Below the pieces are notes generated by a model. It made no database searches. It saw only the letters and a program-made list of their open reading frames with translations, and was not told where the DNA came from. Positions 60,092 to 64,000 of a DNA stretch of 64,000 bases are shown in pieces; position 1 is the stretch's first letter; the number at the start of each line of letters is the position of its first letter. Origin of the DNA: Emiliania huxleyi CCMP1516 (Eukaryota); assembly GCF_000372725.1 (NCBI RefSeq), contig NW_005201113.1:190763-254762 (forward strand), read 5' to 3'. The position numbers were made by a program, and so were the translations under genes.

Positions 60092-61263
60092 CGTGGAGTC
60101 GGGTTGAGAAGGAGAGGCGCGGCCCGCAAAGCGCGAAGGAGGGAAAAAGAATTTGGCCGCGCATGAGCCCTGGCAGGCGGGCACCGCGCTGCGAGCCTGT
60201 CGTGTCCCTTGTCAGGAGCAGGAGAGCCCCACCTGTCCCCCTGATCGTTCTTCCAAAATCCTGCTCGTGCAGGTGGGGACCCTGTCCTCGTCCCATCCCT
60301 CGTTTGGCGTGTCTGTTTTCTTTCTTTCTTTTCGGCGGGCACGCGGGACATGCACAGGCGCCAAGGGGCGCAGAACCGACCTAACCCGTCGGAGGTGGGG
60401 GGAAGGGAGTACCGCCGGGTTCCCCTGCGTGAGCGCAAGAGTAACCCCAAGAGGGCTGAAGATGAGCGGTGCGCGCAGGGGTCGGCGTGACGGGGCGAGG
60501 GACGCGCCGCGCGGGACGCCGCCTCACCGGCCCAAGTGGCGCAGGGCGAGGCGGCGAGAACCGAGCGAGCACGTCCTCGTGAGCCCCGTGGCTCCAACCA
60601 GGCCCTTCCTTTTTGAGCAGGTGTGACGCCGCGCGAGCGACGCTCCGAGATCGCCCGAGATAGCGCGGCGCGGCCCCGAGATCGCCCGAGATAGCGCGAG
60701 ATCGCCCGAGATCGCGCGGCGCGGCCCGGGGCGGGGTGGATGGGTTGGGAGCGAGGGGGCGAAAGTGTTCAGTGCGGTAGATGGTAAGCTCGAGGCGCGT
60801 GAGCCGGACTTGTGAGCCGGACCACCCCCTCTTGTTCCCTGCGTTGTTGAGCCAGGACTCAACATACTCGGGCTGTTCATCCCAAACTGTCACTCCCCTT
60901 TCTCCCGGCCGAGGTGGGGCGCGCGCGGGGGCGGCGGGTGTGCGGGATGTCTGTGGGCCCGAGAGCGATATGCCATGTCCGCCTTGCGTTTGTTTTATAA
61001 CATCGAAGGCTAAGCTCAAAAAGAATTGTTAAAACCGCAGCGACGCAGCGAGAATCGGCGAGGGACTGCGAAGAGAGATAGGGAGAGGCAGACGCGCGCC
61101 GAAGTCCGACATGCGTCATGCGTCAAGATCAAGAATCAAGATGTATATCATATAATGTAAGATAAAGCCGATAGGCTTTAAACGCGATCTCGTCGCGAAG
61201 AAACGGCTTTATCTAGGAGATACGAGAGTTCTGTCAGGTGCGCGACCGCGGCTAGAATCTGTG

Positions 61264-61445
61264 TCAGAGCCGGAGGCTCTCGAGCTTGAGGGCGAGGTGC
61301 GTCGACTCGTCCTTCATCTGGACGGTGTAGCGCCGCCGCTCGCGGTCAAAGGAGACCACCTTGCAGGTGGACCCGTTCCAGCGCGGCTGCGAGACGAGCC
61401 CGACGACGGTCGCCCTCGCCCCCGGAGGCAGGATCAGGTTGTCCT
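61264..61445 (-). pseudogene. C-terminal fragment with an SH3/KOW-like 'GL..P..NG' domain, abutting the LINE remnant
   Basis: LPPGARATVVGLVSQPRWNGSTCKVVSFDRERRRYTVQM...LKLESLRL*. Confidence 0.45.
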
Positions 61446-62680
61446 CCGGCTCTTCTCCGAGAGATCATCTACCAGCGCCGGCAACACCCCCCCGACGGCT
61501 GGGGCCAGTGCATCGTACCCGTCCCCTCATCCAGCACCCTATAGCGTGAGCCCTTCAGCGCAGCGACATGCGCTATCCTCAGCGTCTTCAGCGTCTCCTT
61601 GGAGTCGGGTGCCGCCTGGGCTACTTTGCTGATCGCCGTCCCCGTCTGCGCTCGCGCTACCCTGAGGAACCATCTGGCCTGCTCCCTATTCCCCAGGCAG
61701 CGCCGCTAAGCAAGTGCGCCATCGTCGCTCTAGGCGGGTTCTCATCTTCCTCGGTCCATTGCTGCGCGGCTTTCCGCACGATCGGACACAGCGGGTCCCG
61801 CTTTAGTGCCGCCCTCCTCGCCGCGTCCCTCGCGGCCTTACAGACGAGGCCGCCCCTGAGTTCGCTCCTTGTGGCGGCGCCCGGGGTCTCTCTCCCCGCC
61901 TCTCTCCGCATAATCCTCTCGTGGTGCGCTCCGTGTGGCACCCCCGCCTGCTGCCGCACACGCGCTCCCATGACGGTCTTTGTCACCACGTTATGATCAT
62001 CCACGTCGGCGAATTCAATCTCGCGCTCGCCGTGCTGATCCTTGATCCGCTGGCGCTTGTTGATGCGTCGCGGTGCCACGCCCGCACCGTCTCCTCCCGC
62101 CGCCTCCTCCTCCCCTACGCTAGTCTCCGCCTCGTGTCCTCCCGGGTCACCTTGTTATCCTCGGGTATCTCCTCCTCCCACGCCTTACTCACTTCCAGCC
62201 CGGGCGTCCCCTGTACCTTCTTGCCATCCTCCTTTCCCGTTGCCGTCTTGTCCTTACTCCCGAGATAGAGTGTGCGCCACTGCCAGTCCGCCTCTGAAAG
62301 TGTGTTCGGCGAGGTTGGGACCTCGCCCATGCACACCTCCTTCGCCGCTGTGCTGTACCCAAGGAAAGCCTCTAGTACTACTTCCCACCCGTCTTTCCTG
62401 GCTCCGTCACACGTGGCCAGGGCGCCCGCGGCTTTCTTTTTCCCGAGGCCGGCGCTTCTCTCCCTGCGTCGCGCCTCCGCCTCTAAGCCACTCCCTAAAG
62501 GTGGCCGCGACGCGTCGCAGCCGCCTGGCCCTTTCCATGTCCCTCCTCACCTCTGTGGTGCCCATCTCGTCGTGCCGCACCCACGAGTCCTCCCAATCTC
62601 CCTCCCATTTGCACAGGTATTCCCACCCCGTCTCCTCTCCCTCCTCGCCACACACCCCACACCGAAGCACCTCTAACTCC
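61446..62680 (-). mobile_element. Degenerate LINE-like ORF with a chromodomain
   Basis: WEYLCKWEGDWEDSWV (chromodomain-like); DPLCP...ATMAHLLSG (knuckle remnant); frameshifts; shares a block with 13297-13543. Confidence 0.55.
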
Positions 62681-62775
62681 TAAGACCACAGAAGAGGGAG
62701 AGAAGCCGTAATAAAAGTAAAGGGAGGAAAAGTATATATTGAATATTGTGAAAGGTAGTTTCTAAAGTACACCAA

Positions 62776-63840
62776 TCAATCCACCTCCTCAATCACAAAA
62801 TCTCGACGGATTGATCGCGTATCGCAAGCACTGTTCAGCTGCACAAGCTCCCCCCCATCCAGGGACCCGGCTGCCAAGTAAATTAGCGCCGGAAACGCGC
62901 CGTCGCGAAGGGCAGCGGCAAGCGTGTTGAATCCGCTGGCGGAGAGGCCGCTTTGCGGCGCGCCAGACTCCAGGTCCAGGTAATAGTCGACGAGGAGCAC
63001 CTCGAGCCGCTGGAGGCCCTGCTTGCCGCTCTCGGCGAGCGCCCCGAGGCCGGCGTCGTCGATGAAGTTGTCGCGCATCCCTAAAATCCTGAGATGCGGC
63101 GCCGCACCGGCCCCCAGTGCGCCAGCCAGCGCAGCCACGCCGTGGCCGGTGATGCCGTTGCGATCCAGGTACAGCTCCTGCAAAGCTGTGCACGCTGAGA
63201 GCGCTGCGGAAAGCCCTACGCAGAAGGAGTCGCCCAGCTTGTTGTCGCCGAAGTCGAGGTGGAGCAGCCGCGGCAGCGCGCCACCCGTGAGCGCGCGGAT
63301 TATTGGCCCCAATCTGTAGTCATCTTCAGCGGCTGTCCTGAAAACCTCCCACCACATCACCTCTGTTGCACACTGTGCCTCTTCCGTCTCCGGGTTCGGA
63401 AATCGAAGGGGGAGGCGGAGATGCCTGGTTTCGCCGTGCTCGCGGAGCTCGTCTGCAAAGCCCCACGGCGGCGGCTCGACCGCCTGATTCTCTGGTGCTC
63501 TGTCCAGCCCTCGTAGTTTTACTTTCTGAAGTTGGTTGATCCAGCCTGAAGTCATGAGCTCGCCGAAAGTCAAAGCCTCGCCACTGCGAAAGTCCACCGC
63601 GACAAACTCGGTCGCCCGGGCGAACACCGTCACTCGAACGAATTGTCGCCGCAGCCGCTCCTCAGCGGAGCGGTCGTGGGGTGCAGCGCGGCTGCGCACA
63701 GCTGCGCGCAAACTCTTGCACGTGCTGCCGAATGAAATCGCGGCGAGGGGGGCCAACGGATTGGCCACCTTGTTGTAGACGAGCCGCAGCAGATCTGGCG
63801 AGAGGTCGGAGAGGATCAAGCTTGGCTCAGCGTTCGCCAT
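62776..63840 (-). CDS. F-box-like + ribonuclease-inhibitor-type LRR protein
   Basis: LSDLSPDLLRLVYNK...FGSTCKSLR; LLHLDFGDNKLGD, LQELYLDRNGITGHG, LRILGMRDNFIDDAG. Intronless. Confidence 0.85.
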   Translation of the reverse strand: MANAEPSLILSDLSPDLLRLVYNKVANPLAPLAAISFGSTCKSLRAAVRSRAAPHDRSAEERLRRQFVRVTVFARATEFVAVDFRSGEALTFGELMTSGWINQLQKVKLRGLDRAPENQAVEPPPWGFADELREHGETRHLRLPLRFPNPETEEAQCATEVMWWEVFRTAAEDDYRLGPIIRALTGGALPRLLHLDFGDNKLGDSFCVGLSAALSACTALQELYLDRNGITGHGVAALAGALGAGAAPHLRILGMRDNFIDDAGLGALAESGKQGLQRLEVLLVDYYLDLESGAPQSGLSASGFNTLAAALRDGAFPALIYLAAGSLDGGELVQLNSACDTRSIRRDFVIEEVD

Positions 63841-64000
63841 GGTTTGGGTTTGGGCTCCTTGCCGTTTGGGAGCTCGCGCGTCCACCCATACCGCGTTGGT
63901 GTCCAGTCCGAGCCTGGCTGTTCTTCACCTTACTACCTACCTACCTACAACGCTGTTCTCCCGCGCGCTCTCGCTCGTGGCCGCAGTGGTCCCCAAGCTG

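Overview
GC-rich eukaryotic genomic DNA with two N-gaps and short, often GC-AG introns. It is most consistent with a haptophyte alga such as Emiliania/Gephyrocapsa huxleyi (inferred from composition, intron style and gene families). The window is a mosaic of housekeeping genes (DDX3/Ded1-like helicase, SAH hydrolase, two cyclophilins, DNAJC9-like J-protein, GH16 glucanase, GT29 sialyltransferase-like gene), many mostly intronless ubiquitin-system or repeat-domain genes (six F-box-like proteins, double-RING, ARM-HECT E3, SUMO-like, ankyrin), gene fragments and transposon remnants. The main points of interest are: (1) a single-pass receptor with two extracellular Venus-flytrap (ANF-receptor-type) domains and an intracellular TIR with the catalytic Glu, plus a second TIR-like domain; (2) a spliced fusion of an acylation-type N-terminus, ASPK repeats and a DUF4347-like domain to SAH hydrolase, whose catalytic Asp131-equivalent is His; (3) several introns whose 5' ends copy the start of the next exon; (4) head-to-head cyclophilins that are nearly identical in DNA yet keep loop+/loop- diagnostic residues; (5) a complete 890-bp MITE with 22-bp TIRs and an 8-bp TSD. 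Domain calls are by eye from motifs and were not confirmed by any search.
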